This document shows, piece by piece, positions 32,775-44,372 of a stretch of DNA of 64,000 nucleotides (positions are counted from its first letter, which is position 1; the number at the start of each line of letters is the position of its first letter). The position numbers were made by a program, and so were the translations under genes. The notes below the pieces were generated by a model. The model ran no database searches. It had not been told where the DNA came from and saw nothing but the letters and a program-made list of their open reading frames with translations. Where the stretch lies: positions 5,935,621 to 5,999,620 of the forward strand of contig CM119264.1 of assembly GCA_051294375.1 (NCBI GenBank). The letters run 5' to 3'. This stretch comes from Paraspadella gotoi (lineage: Eukaryota > Animalia > Chaetognatha).

Positions 32775-35012
32775 TCACGAATCCTCGACCAACGTCAAAA
32801 AACACGTTTCCTCCAAATATCCTAAGAATATTTTTTCCTCTTCCGTCTCGGGTCGAGCGGAAGACGTGACGCGGGGAAGTTTGTAAGGAATGTCCGAGTC
32901 TCCTCCGGGAATGGATCGTCCCGCTTCGTCGAGTCGCACGATGTCCCGGACGCTTTTGGCGTTCTCCAGCACTTCCTCGTCGGTCGAATCGTAGTCGTCG
33001 AAATCGTCTTCGTATTCTTCGTCCTTTTCCTCTTCCTCGTCTTCCTCGTAATCGTCCCCGTACTCTACCTCTTCCTCGCTTTCCTCTTCGAAATCCTCAT
33101 CGTAGCCTCGTTCCAACTTCTGCCAGCTTTCCGCGTTAACGACTTTCGAGCCTACGACGAGAAGATCCGCGCCGCCACGATCGACATTTTCAAAATTCTC
33201 GAGAGTTTCGACTAGACTTGACGAGAGTTTCGGTGGGGAGTCATTCTTCCCACCGCCGCTTCGAGTCAACTCCCTTTGCGTCTTTAAAATCTCCTTTTCG
33301 TCGATAAAGGCGTCCAATCGTTCAGCGACGACGGGGTCCCTGAGAAGTCGCTGCGCCGTGGGGCGTTCGACGGGGTCGGGGCGAAGTAAGGCGTCGACGA
33401 TCTCGTGGAGCGAAGAAGAATAACGCCGATCAACGTCGAAAGGGGCGAAGTCGGCGCGGGAGATTTTCGCGAAGAGGCTTAATAGGTTTTGGGCGTCGAA
33501 GGCGCGACGGAGCGCGACCAGTTCGTAGAGAAGGCAGCCCAGGCTCCACATGTCCGATTGGGTGGAATAAGGCACATCTATTGAAAAGAATTCCGAATTT
33601 AGTGAGAAGCTTTTGAAATATGCTCTCCGCCCTACCCAGTCGTTATTACCCTGCACAAGCTCGGGGCTGAGGTAGCAGGGGGTTCCTACGCAAGTGACGG
33701 CGACGTCGTCCGCCGCCAGGGTCTTCGCAATCCCGAAATCCCCGATCTTTACTGTCTTGCTTTTGACGAGGAAGACGTTGGCCGCTTTGAGGTCGCGATG
33801 AATCACCCGTTGCGAATTCTGGAAAGAAATCGGTTTCACCGTTACCTTCATTCAGAAAATAAAATAAATCCACAAATTGATTATGTAGTTACTAAAAATA
33901 TACCCTTTTACTTGTCTTACCAAGCAAGAAACTGTAGAAACTGGGTTTTAATTTAATTGTGGTATGGCAACGGGAGGATAGCCTGTGATACCCGGGGCGC
34001 GGGGTATCTCACCAACTGGCGTAGGGGCTGCGGACCCTCAGTGACCGCCTCCTGTCACTGGCATGTTTATACCGGCACCGTCACATTTAAGCCAGAACCG
34101 GGATACCCGGGGATTGAACCCGGGACGCACGGATGGAATGAGATGATTTAGCCTGCTCAGCCATTGAGACGAGGCTGAGGACGGACAGCAGTGAGGCAGC
34201 TTTAAGTCTTGCTGCCACAGTGGCACAATTAAATTAAAACCCAGTTTCTTTTCATAAAAATGCTCAAGGACAAATACGCGAGTATTTGTGTCATTGCTTG
34301 GTATGACAAGTAAAAGGGTATATTTTTAGTAACAACATAATCATCGAGTCTTATCGCTAACCGGTCCCCTCGACATACGTGGAGATAGTGGAGCGCGAGA
34401 AGAACTTGGATGAACCATTTCCAGATAAGAGTTTCGGGAATTAATGATTCGGATTCGGCAGCGGTGGCGATCTGATCGGCGAGGGTTCCTCCGTCGCAAT
34501 ATTCCTACAGGTTAGGGAAGAACTTCTCAAATTACTCAGACAATCACGAGGTTTTTTTTTTTCATATAAAATACCTGCACAATACACAAGAGATTCGGTT
34601 CGTGGAAGAAGTACTCGTCGAAGTGGACGATATGAGGATGAGACAAAGACGCGAGGATGCGGGCTTCACGCTCCACCGCCTCTTTTGTTCTCGTTTTTCG
34701 TCTATCGTCAAGCTCGACCTGTTTGATAGCCTAAAACAAAGGAGCATTACCGGGAAATCCGAAAAAAAGTATTACGAAACTAGGAAATATTAAGCATAAC
34801 CAATATAACCAGGAATTAAATTAAAACTTAAAAGTTTTTATAATATTTTTATAAAAAAATTGATATCCATCTTTAATCTTTATATCACTTAATGATTGCA
34901 CCTTAAATTCGCCGGATGATAAGTGATTGGCGAGAAAGACGACGCCCCCCGTCCCCTTCCCGATTTGGCTTAACAATCTGTAGCGGTCCATCGCGATCAC
35001 CTTCGCCTCCAT
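32775..35012 (-). CDS. NIMA-related (NEK family) Ser/Thr kinase with acidic C-terminal tail, multi-exon
   Basis: MDRYRLLSQIGKGTGG, AIKQV, EYCDGG, HRDLKAANVFL, KIGDFGIAK, GTPCYLSPE, SDMWSLGC. Alternative start at 34992. Confidence 0.92.
33878..34343. mobile_element. Composite foldback element: two nested inverted-repeat pairs enclosing a SINE-like core, in a NEK intron
   Basis: Outer arms TGATTATGTAGTTACTAAAAATATACCCTTTTACTTG / CAAGTAAAAGGGTATATTTTTAGTAACAACATAATCA. Inner arms GAAACTGGGTTTTAATTTAATTGTG / CACAATTAAATTAAAACCCAGTTTC. Confidence 0.85.
33962..34185 (-). mobile_element. tRNA-derived SINE-like element
   Basis: Minus strand has A-box TGGCTGAGCAGG, clear B-box GGTTCAATCCC, and tail GTCACTGAG...GAGATACCC...GGGTATCACAGGC...GTTGCCATAC. 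Confidence 0.7.
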
Positions 35013-35015
35013 AAC

Positions 35016-35878
35016 TCAAGCCACCGCTAAATACTTGCGGCAAATGTTCCACAGCAAGAATCCAGAAACGACAACGCTGACGGAAGTGTGAAGAATTTTT
35101 CGGGCGTAATCATTGCGTCTAACGAGTACGACCGGGTTAGGGCTCTGCAACAGGTGAAGGGGCAGTTGCGAGAGTTGGACGGCGTGGCGCGTCGGGGAAC
35201 AGGGCTGGAACTTGGAGGCGGGATCGAATTGCCAGGAGATGTTATAAAGGCCTGAAACCAGAGAATATATAGCGAGAGAAATATATGGATAGCAGATAGA
35301 TTAGTAGAATCAAATGTAAATCCCCAATTTTCCCGTCATTCTATTCCTAAAAATGTCAAAACTCACCAGTAGCGAGAGCGGAGGCGACGGCAAAGGGGGC
35401 GGCGACGTGAATCCTAGCGGGGAAAACGACGCAAGCGACGACACCGACGGTGCCAGAAACGACGGCCGCCTTGTGAACGAAATTGCCGACGGTGATCCAG
35501 CGGAGAACTTCGCTGCCAAGCGAATCTGGTTCAACGATGACGACGGTGCAGCGTGACTCCAGCGCCGTCTCCAGCTCTTCCTCGTATTCCTCTCGGTTGG
35601 ACTGCTCGCGGCGTCGAATGATGTAGAGGCGCTCCTGGGACTCGGCTAGATGGAGCCGAAAGTGAGAAGTTGTGAATGAAGAGAGATAAATTGAAATAAT
35701 TTTTAATTAAGAGGTAATTAATGTGTGAGAAATGAGCTTCGATCAGGGAAAAAGAATACTGTGATGAAAGTAAATAGATAAGATAAGATAAGCTGCACTT
35801 AAACTTACCTGTGGACGGCTTTAGAACAGTTTTCTTGGATTGTCGCGATTTTCTTAAATCATGATCATGATTGGCCAT
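35016..35878 (-). CDS. TMEM11: Transmembrane protein 11, mitochondrial, three exons (missed by the ORF track)
   Basis: Spliced product MANHDH...|ESQERLYIIRR...EEELETALESRCTVVIVEPDSLGSEVLRWITVGNFVHKAAV...|GLYNISWQFDPASKFQ...PVVLVRRNDYARKILH...KYLAVA*. TGA at 35016-35018. Confidence 0.93.
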
Positions 35879-36375
35879 AATGGCATCGCTAAACGAAAAA
35901 AAAAAGTTAAACGATTCTTCCAACTGGATGGTTGAAAGTATAGAATACGGGATACGCTCAATTACAAGTGAATTATAGAATATAAATACTTGTAGACGAT
36001 TGATTTTGATGCCTTGACCGAGAAATAACAATTGTAAAATCTTAGAAAAAAACTAATTCCAAAAAATTGACAGACAAAATCGAAATAGTTAAACCCCAGT
36101 TTTTCTTGATTCTAGTCAGCAAATACCAGCAGGGATCTAAAAAGGGATATTACTTCTAGTTGCACTACTATGTTTTATGATAGGATGAAAAACGGAATTA
36201 ACCAAACTTTCTATCGTGTCCCATTCGAAAAAAGCGAGAATTACATAAGAGCTACATTCAAACTATTAAAACCTCAAAAACCCCATTACCCGATCAACGG
36301 TAACAACTGCTGACTAAGATGAGAACTACGAAGAGATCAAACGAGTTTTAAAAAAACAAAAAAACTAATAGCGGA

Positions 36376-37850
36376 TAGTGTTCCGATAACCGTTAACAGT
36401 TAACGGTTATTAACGGTTAAAAATAATTTTAACTTAACCGTTAATATATTTATTTTAACGGTTAAATTCGGTTAATTTTCAAGTATGATTTTTGTTATGA
36501 AAACTTTGATTTTTTAAGAAAAAAAATTTTTTTCCTTATTCTCCTCTCCCTTTCTCACTATATTTTTCCCCCTCTCTCTGTTCTACATTTTCCCCTATTT
36601 TTTCTTTGTTATTTTCAACCCTTTTAATCTTTTTCTATTTTAATCTATTATCATTTTTTTTCTGCCCTTCCCATATTTTTTTTACTTACTTTCTCCCAAT
36701 TGTTTTCGTTTTTCCTTTCAGCTAATTAAGCATTTACAAAGAATATTTTGAAATATAATATGCATCTGCATATATTTTTTTGCAAATCAAATTTTTACAT
36801 GCAATAATATTCTATTTTGCTAATAAAAAATAAATAATCTTTCTTCTTTTACTTTTTTAGCTTTTTCTTTCAATTTTTAAAATGAACAAAGAAGTAAATA
36901 TAATAAAGCCGAATGAATGAAAAAATTTAAAAAAAAATAAAATAAAAAAATTATTAGAAAACATTTAAAAAATGAACAATAGAAGGAATGAATCTTTGAA
37001 AAGACATTAAGGCTAACTAAAACTATCCTTCAATGATGATATACTTTACTTTAATAAAATTACAAAAAATATTTATTAATTAATAACTTCTTTGATCAAT
37101 CGATCATTTAAAAATTTAATTAATAAATTGATATTCATAATTAAGAGAAAATAAAGTTTATTTGTTTACAAACAACCGGTTTTTATTTCAAAAAACGGAC
37201 ATGTTTCGACTCTAGTTTTTCCGAGTCTACATCAGCGCGTGAGAGTCGAAACATGTCCTTTTAAAAATAAAAACCTGTTGTTTGTAAACAAATAAACTTT
37301 GCTTTCACTTAACTATAAACGTAACGAAAAGAAAGTCTTAATACAATATTTATAATTATATTTATATTTATGGTCATGGTTTATGAAAGACTAACAACAG
37401 AAAACATGCTTTCAAGAAACTAACAACTATAAAAATAATGAGGAAGAGAAATAGAAAAGCAAAAGCAAAAACGAAAGAAAGAAAGAAAAAGAGAGAAAGA
37501 GAAAACAAAATATACAGAATTAAAATTACATGTGCTTTTTCTTTCATTGTCTTTTTTCATATTTTATTATGCTATGAGGCAAAAAAATTTATTATAATGC
37601 TGTTTTTTCAAACCAATTTCTCATTTATCAACATAATGTGTACCTCATCTATCTGAAATAAAAGATAAAGACTATTCAGTAGCCGGAGTTAGGAGAAACA
37701 CAATTAAATACTTTAGTTAGTTGCAAATATTAATATTTTAAATTTAAAGTTAAATTATAAAATTAACCGATTTTAACGGTTAACCGTTAAAAACGTTAGT
37801 TTTAACGGTTAAGCGAAGTTCCTCAAAAATTAACGGTTAACGGAACCCTA
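36376..37850. mobile_element. Non-autonomous hAT-type DNA transposon, 1475 bp
   Basis: TIRs TAGTGTTCCG / CGGAACCCTA, an exact 8-bp TSD ATAGCGGA (36368-36375 and 37851-37858), and subterminal repeated AACGGTT/AACCGTT motifs. No transposase ORF. Confidence 0.9.
37145..37305. repeat. Short foldback (about 65-bp arms) nested inside the hAT element
   Basis: AAAGTTTATTTGTTTACAAACAAC...GGACATGTTTCGACTCT pairs with AGAGTCGAAACATGTCC...GTTGTTTGTAAACAAATAAACTTT. Confidence 0.85.
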
Positions 37851-37894
37851 ATAGCGGACGTGAAACCGGAGGAGGGAGGACGCGAAGCGTTTCT

Positions 37895-39535
37895 TTAGAG
37901 AATGTCCGACGGGAGGAGGCCGTCGACGGAGGCCTTGTCAACGACGTTGCAGAACAAAGGCGACTCGACCCCCATGATGTATTCGCAGATCTCGGGTTCG
38001 AGGAGATAGATGGAGACGCTATGAGGGTCGCCGTCCGCCTTACATTTGAGCTTGACTTCGACGCGGCGTGGTCGGGAGGTCTCGTCGCAATGGTCGCCCT
38101 TGGAGTAAAGATTGGAGACGGAGAGGGCGCGTTTCGCTTTGTTTGGGTGATTCCTAGCCCATTTCCTGTGCTCTTCCTCGTCCCACTGACCCAGGGTTAT
38201 CGTGATGCGGGTTCCGTCGCGTTCTGAAAAGACGAAAAGTTGTTGAAGAAAAAAAAAACCCGGCGTAGACCGCTACACTTATCAACTCAAACTCGCCTCG
38301 GTGAAACTGTCTCGCGTATTTGTGGTAACAGAGTTCGTGCTTCCAATATCCCGTTCCCCCCGTGACGCAGTGATCCCCCGTGAAAAATCCATGGATCCAC
38401 TGTCGGTCCGTGATTTGACCGATGGAGCTTTGACTCTTCAACTGCGACGTCATCGTCACCGGCGTCGTTTCCTCCGTCTTCGAAGCAGTTTCTTGCGTCG
38501 CCGGTTCCGGTTCCTCCGATGATCTCTGCGGCGCCGACTTACCCTCGGGTTCGCCGACGGCGGCGCCCGACAGTAGCGCCTCCCATTCGGCGGCTCTGGC
38601 GCGCTCTTGGAGCTCGAGCTTTCGCGGCTTGACGCCGGCGCGGCCATAGCATTGGATGGAGTGAACGGGCGGTTCGTCGAGAAGATAGTAGGGGTGGGAG
38701 CAGAGAATGGAAGTGCGGACGATGATAGTGTACTCGCAGGTGGAAGTCTCCTCCAGGTGCTCGATCTCGTTGCGACTTCCCTGGCTGCATACGTAGAGGA
38801 CGATGGATCGTCGAGGGGTACCGGAGTTGAGATCGCAAGGCGTCCCGTCCGACATGACCACCTCGAAGTAAGGAAGAATCTCGTCGCCAACCTTCTTCGC
38901 GGGAATTTTGGGAGATTTTCCCGAGGCGATGGGAACGTCCTTTTGCAACGAGCTAGAGTAGCGACCGAGGTAATACTCTTGGAGGTTGGTCCGCTTTCCA
39001 GTGTCTTTGCTTTCGTGGAACTAAAGAAAAAGTGAAAGTTTCTCCAAGACCTGTTACCTCGACTTATTAGATTACGTATTATGGCAGAGGAAACCGTTAA
39101 GTGTCTCGTCAATTTGACTTAAAGGATCACCTGTCTTAAAAAGTTTCCGTGACAAAGCTCGTAAGTCCAAAAACTCTCGATTCGATAGCTGCACGTCTTC
39201 TTTTCGAACAGCTCGTTCAAGATGGCTAGAGGCGATGGGCCCGAGTAGTCTACATTCTTCTGTCTCCCATCAGAATGAATTTTGGGAATGGCGCACTTGT
39301 AGAATTCCGATTCGTGGGTTTTCAAACTCAACCAATGATCTTCACTGTCGGCCGAAGACTCGAGGGCCGCATCCTGCTCCCAGTTAAGAAAGTCCCCTTC
39401 GTTCCAGCGGACCTGAAAGAAGGCGTCGCCCTCCTCCATCATTTTCCCCTGAAATCCCTGGGATTTCCAGCATCGACCGGTGATGGCCAACAGCACCATC
39501 AGTTTAAATGTCGAGCTAGACGACATTGTTCGCAT
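37895..39535 (-). CDS. ERLEC1: Endoplasmic reticulum lectin 1 (XTP3-B), two MRH domains, multi-exon
   Basis: Signal peptide, CSYRIESFWTYELCHG, GTPCDLNSGTPRRSIVLYVC, CVTGGTGYWKHELCYHK, VEVKLKC...YLLEPEICEYIMGVESPLFC. TAA at 37895-37897. Confidence 0.94.
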
Positions 39536-41368
39536 ATTGATTTATCTTATAGCGCGCCGAGAAAACGAGAGTGGCGAGCGAATGCTGGTTAAGCATTTCT
39601 CGGAATAGAAGAACTGAAAAAAAGGCGAAATATCAATAGAAAAAGGAAGGAAATGAGAAATTAAACTTTTATACCAAAACTTGACGCGGAAAATGCACTT
39701 AGAAATAAAACAAAGAAACAAAAACTAAAAAAAACAAAAAACGGCTACTTCTACTTATTTTTTTTGTAGATCCAGTGAGGTAGGTCAGTCCAGCGCACGG
39801 GATAACGACTCAACTCCCATCGTGACCACTAACCTCTCAGCCATATAGGCCGCAATTCATCGAGTTCGAAACACTAGGCTGATGTTAAAGGCGATGCCGC
39901 GTAAGCATAACCCCGCACCGACGTTAATCGAAAGTCATACACGAATGGAGAGTAAGTGCTCTATTCCTACTCGTTTATGAAGCTTTACTTGACGATCTCA
40001 ATACTTCATTTTTCGATTTTTTTTGTGCTTCTCAATCCTCAGGCAATGCTGATCCGTACATTAAACCCAACATCTCCCTGTTGAGTTCCTTGTGCGTTTC
40101 ACGATTTCACAGAAATCTTACAAGTCATAATTATCGCGAAAATATTTTTGTTGTTGTCAGCACAAACTTGCCATTTTAGGATCCATTTCAGGTCGTAAAT
40201 GATAATAATAATTTGCCGTGACATCAAGATCACAGTCTTTAAGATTATTGTAAAAATTAATCATTGCTAATTCTAAGTAAATATTTTTTCATTTATAAAT
40301 TTTTAACAGTACCATTAAATTTTTTTTCCCAGTGGCAGTGGCGTTAAATCTTGAGAGTATTATAGTCAAGAGCTTTGTTTTTTCTTACTTTCGAGATTTT
40401 ACGTAAGTTATTTAAACCAATGTACTGACAAAATCAATCCAACTGGGTATAAACTTCTGAAACAGTTCATGGTTTCTTTTAAAACATTTAAATGACAATG
40501 TAATGTCACAATCACGAAATTTTTATATAATGCAGTTAATAAAAGTAAAAGGCAATGAGAGTCAAAAGATTGCACAAATCTATAACTGGACGGTCAGAGT
40601 CCAAAAAATACGGAAGGGGAAATATTAACGATCTAGTTAGTTTGTAGATATATAGAGAAGATGAAAACAAAAATAACAATGATACGCATCAAGAAATTAA
40701 AGCAGAAAATATGATTTAAAATTTTTTCGTAATATCATTTGTGCATGAAACCAAAAATTAAATATATTGTTTCATTTATATTTCGATCTATACAAATTAT
40801 ATTTCCTGTTATAATCTTGAAAGTGAAAGTTGACTGAAATAAACTTCTTCGGCTTGAAAATAATAATAACAGCAATCATTAAAACTTAAGGAAATGGCGC
40901 AGAGTGTTTTATAAAGTGTAGATTAGTAGAAAAATAATATAAAAAATAAATCTTTCAATAGAAAAAAGCTGATACCTCATTTATTCTAAATTTTTTCTAT
41001 ACCGTTATTACAGCGATTTTGAGAACACAACAGCAGATTTCGAAGTCACAGACTGCATGTAAAAATATAACAAAGCTATGAAACAATGAAATCTTTATCA
41101 TTATTTAACGCATATGAGTTAAGATGGAACAAAAAATTTGCTCTTGGGGGAAAAAAATTGAGAAAATCAAAAGTAGTGGAATTCTAAAAATTTTGCAACT
41201 AAGTTTTTGTGCAGTTTCTGGTTAAGATAAAACTTGATCCAATATATATCTATTTAGCACAAGCATTCTAAACTTCAAAAAAGCCTTGGCGTGAAGAATT
41301 TTGCTCTTTAATTTCTGTTTGTCACCGAATGCCAGCCTCTATCGATTTTGACGGTCTCCATGCTATAT

Positions 41369-43021
41369 TCACTCAGGCTGATCATTTGTTTTCGATTCGT
41401 TAGCGGCGTCATCGACGATCACATCGAGTTCGACGTCGCCAGAGACGCTGTCGACACGTTGCTTGCTAGTGGACGGAGTTAGAATTCCAGCGCTAGAGCT
41501 CCATCGATTGTTGCGGTGGAGACGGCGCCACTCGCTTTGAAGCATGAGATATTCCAAGACCTCCTCCTCTTCTTCGGCCTCCCGAATGATATCGCGCGCA
41601 CCCCGCTTGGTTACCCGGCCGCGCTGCTGCGGAAAGTTGTTGGGTAGATCTTCGTGGGCGCGGGCGAGTCGACGCTCCGCGTTGCTACCGCAGCAAGTGT
41701 CCCGCGCGCACTTGGGAGAGGCGCACTCGTAAAGACAGTCTGTGCTCAACACGGTCTCGGAGCGAGCCATTCCGTTCGTCGGAGCGCCAAGGGAAGCCGC
41801 CCCTTCGCCGGCCGGCCGGCGGGTGGGCGACTTAAATTCCGGTTGAAATGTGAGCGAGTGAATGTCCCACTTGTGAAAGTAGGCTTTGATCTTTTTCGAG
41901 ACCTTTGTGTAATGCTGCTCGTTTTTAATTCCTTCGAAAACGACGTGAATGGTGGCCATAATTTTCTTCCCCTCCAAGCGCCAAACATGGATGTCGTGAA
42001 TCTGCACGATCTGAGGAATATCTTTCATCAACTGTTTCTGAAGGGCAACGACGTCGATGTTTTCCGGGATGTGTTGAATGAGAGTAAGGGCGCTTTGCAC
42101 CATGAGCGGGGTCACGTTGGCGACGACGATGCCGATGATGATGAGACCGAGAAGAGGATCAATGTAGTTCGCCCAATCGTCGTTGACGAAGAAAAAGACG
42201 AGGCCGTCGAGCACGATCATGATCGAGGCCAGAAGTCCAATCCCCATGTGGAGAAGCATCGCCCAATAATCCACCAGAGATCTTTGAGCCCGGGATACCG
42301 ACTGAGCTTTTGCCTTCACTCGGTACTTGGACACTGAACTGACCATCGCGCCTTCTTTAACGGTCAATCCGTTGTCCGAGGCGGAGGACGCGGCCTGCGG
42401 CCCACCGGCCATGCGGCAGCATTGATGTAGAAACGGAAGACAGAAGGCGTTGAAGCCCGAGGAGGGAATGGGGGCGTGGCTGCTAAAAGCGTCCCATTTG
42501 GAGAGAGTCGTGCTCGTCGGAGATACGACGCCCTCCACGGTCTGATGGGAAAGCGCACGGCACACCTTGGTTGGACTCTCGTTCCTCGAACAGCATCGGA
42601 TCAACAGAGAATAAAAGATCACAGATAAATGCACGAATAAGCCCAAGCCGCCCATGGCGACCACGGTAAGTTTATGCGCTTGAAGGCCTTCCTCCGGCGA
42701 GATGATGTATTGGAGGGAGTCGACGACGCTGCTGAAGCACAACGAAATGATGACAACGTGGCTGATGAGAGAGCCGACGAGCTCGATGCGAACCCAGCCG
42801 TACGTGTTAGTAAAGTAAGAATTGTCCGGGGTGCTGTTGTGTTTCAAGAAAGACAGGAGACCGACAAAGAGCGAGAGTGCATCGGAAAGGACGTGATACG
42901 AGTAGGACTTGAGCGCCAAGCATCCTGAGACGTTACTCATTAAAAATTGAGCTGCGAAAAAAGCGAAAGACCAAAAGACGAGGAGAACCAACCAAAATTT
43001 TGGCCCGACGCAGCCGCACAT
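41369..43021 (-). CDS. SLC30A1: Cation diffusion facilitator, ZnT1/SLC30A1-like but divergent, single exon
   Basis: First ATG at 43021 (MCGCVGPKF; the track's 43036 start is a TTG). YHVLSD, TYGWVRIE, YIDPLL, VQIHDIHVWRL, FHKWDIHSLTFQPEF, and Cys cluster CLYECASPKCARDTCCG as in ZnT1. Confidence 0.85.
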   Translation of the reverse strand: MCGCVGPKFWLVLLVFWSFAFFAAQFLMSNVSGCLALKSYSYHVLSDALSLFVGLLSFLKHNSTPDNSYFTNTYGWVRIELVGSLISHVVIISLCFSSVVDSLQYIISPEEGLQAHKLTVVAMGGLGLFVHLSVIFYSLLIRCCSRNESPTKVCRALSHQTVEGVVSPTSTTLSKWDAFSSHAPIPSSGFNAFCLPFLHQCCRMAGGPQAASSASDNGLTVKEGAMVSSVSKYRVKAKAQSVSRAQRSLVDYWAMLLHMGIGLLASIMIVLDGLVFFFVNDDWANYIDPLLGLIIIGIVVANVTPLMVQSALTLIQHIPENIDVVALQKQLMKDIPQIVQIHDIHVWRLEGKKIMATIHVVFEGIKNEQHYTKVSKKIKAYFHKWDIHSLTFQPEFKSPTRRPAGEGAASLGAPTNGMARSETVLSTDCLYECASPKCARDTCCGSNAERRLARAHEDLPNNFPQQRGRVTKRGARDIIREAEEEEEVLEYLMLQSEWRRLHRNNRWSSSAGILTPSTSKQRVDSVSGDVELDVIVDDAANESKTNDQPE

Positions 43022-44372
43022 TCTCGTTTCGCTCAAAACTATGCGCGGTTACGCTGGTCGTGATGAAGGATCCAAAGTATGGAGCTATCAACCGATCCGA
43101 TTTAGTTTTTTCACTCGCACGTTAAACGCGTTGCAGACATAAAAAGTCATGGTTCAGTTTTTATTAAGCTTTAAAACTTATATATTTGCTTTCAGTGTTA
43201 CTCCATATTGGGCTTTAATCATGAACTATTTTTTTAAATTATTTTAGTTTTTGATGTCACGGAACCGGTCCCGGAAGGCCAGAAATATTGATGAGGATGC
43301 TGACAAAAAGAGGAGACAAGTGAGCATCATTTACAATAAAGATAAAGCCAATCGTAAAAAAAATTTAGTCCAGTCATAAAAGTTATTTGAAAATGAAATG
43401 ATAAAAGTTTGTCAGGAAAATTTTGTGAAGATTCATCATCAAACTTATTTATATAAAGGTCGATAAGGTTCGATAAATGAATGGGAAAAAAATTATGAAT
43501 AAGAAATATCTTTAAAACTAAATAGTGCTTAGGATAAAATAAATATGAAATAGATGATGATCAAACCCTTAACAAATTTAAGACACGTTTCAGCAACACA
43601 TCAATACGGCTCTCAATACGTTTATATTCGGATGCTCAAAAAAAAAAATTCACTGTTGTAAAAACAAAAAATTATGATGGAACAGACAAAAGTCGTAGGA
43701 AACGATCGAATAAGGTATAAATTCTCAACTGAGAAAGGGTAGTAATAATATAGTAATATTTTAACGAGCAAAAACTAAAAACGAAAATGGATTCGTTACA
43801 AACTAAGAGTTAACTGCAATGAAGATGATAAAATAATTTCATAAACATGATATGATGAAATCGGAAGAAGGGCAACCTTTAAGCGACGGGTTTCTTTTTA
43901 AAAAAGTCTTGTTTAAGCGAGGCTACTAGTAGCTCAAAATAGTTGGTTGAAACGAAGCCAATACATGAACGACACAATAAAAAGGTTACCCATTAAAGCT
44001 AAGCTAAAAGCTGTTACGGAGTCAAACTTTTTGCTTCAAAATATTTAACGATCAACATGTCCAGTTTGTCCACTGTGCTGTACTATAGTTCATAAAATAC
44101 AGCCTACATAAAAGCAAGACTGGAAAAAAAATTAGGAACATCTAGTGTTCTGAGGGAGTTTTCACCAATATTTTGATTAATTGAAATTCAGGTACATATA
44201 AATAATTCGCCATTGTTTGTATACAGAGGGTATTGCTAGATATCTTAGCGCGTTTATTTGTCGCAAGGAGGGTAGGGAAAACTAATGATGGTACTTTCGC
44301 TAAAGCTAAAGGTAACGAAAGGATCACGCAATAGACAAGACGCGGCCAATTGCGAGAGACGGTTTCTCCGGT

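Noticed and set aside
33962-34185. Functional tRNA gene
   Set aside because: A and B boxes are present but there is no convincing acceptor stem or anticodon arm, and a SINE-like tail follows.
43022-43036. ORF-track start of the ZnT-like gene (MSETR)
   Set aside because: This is a TTG; the first ATG is at 43021. Several other track starts are also non-ATG or intronic.
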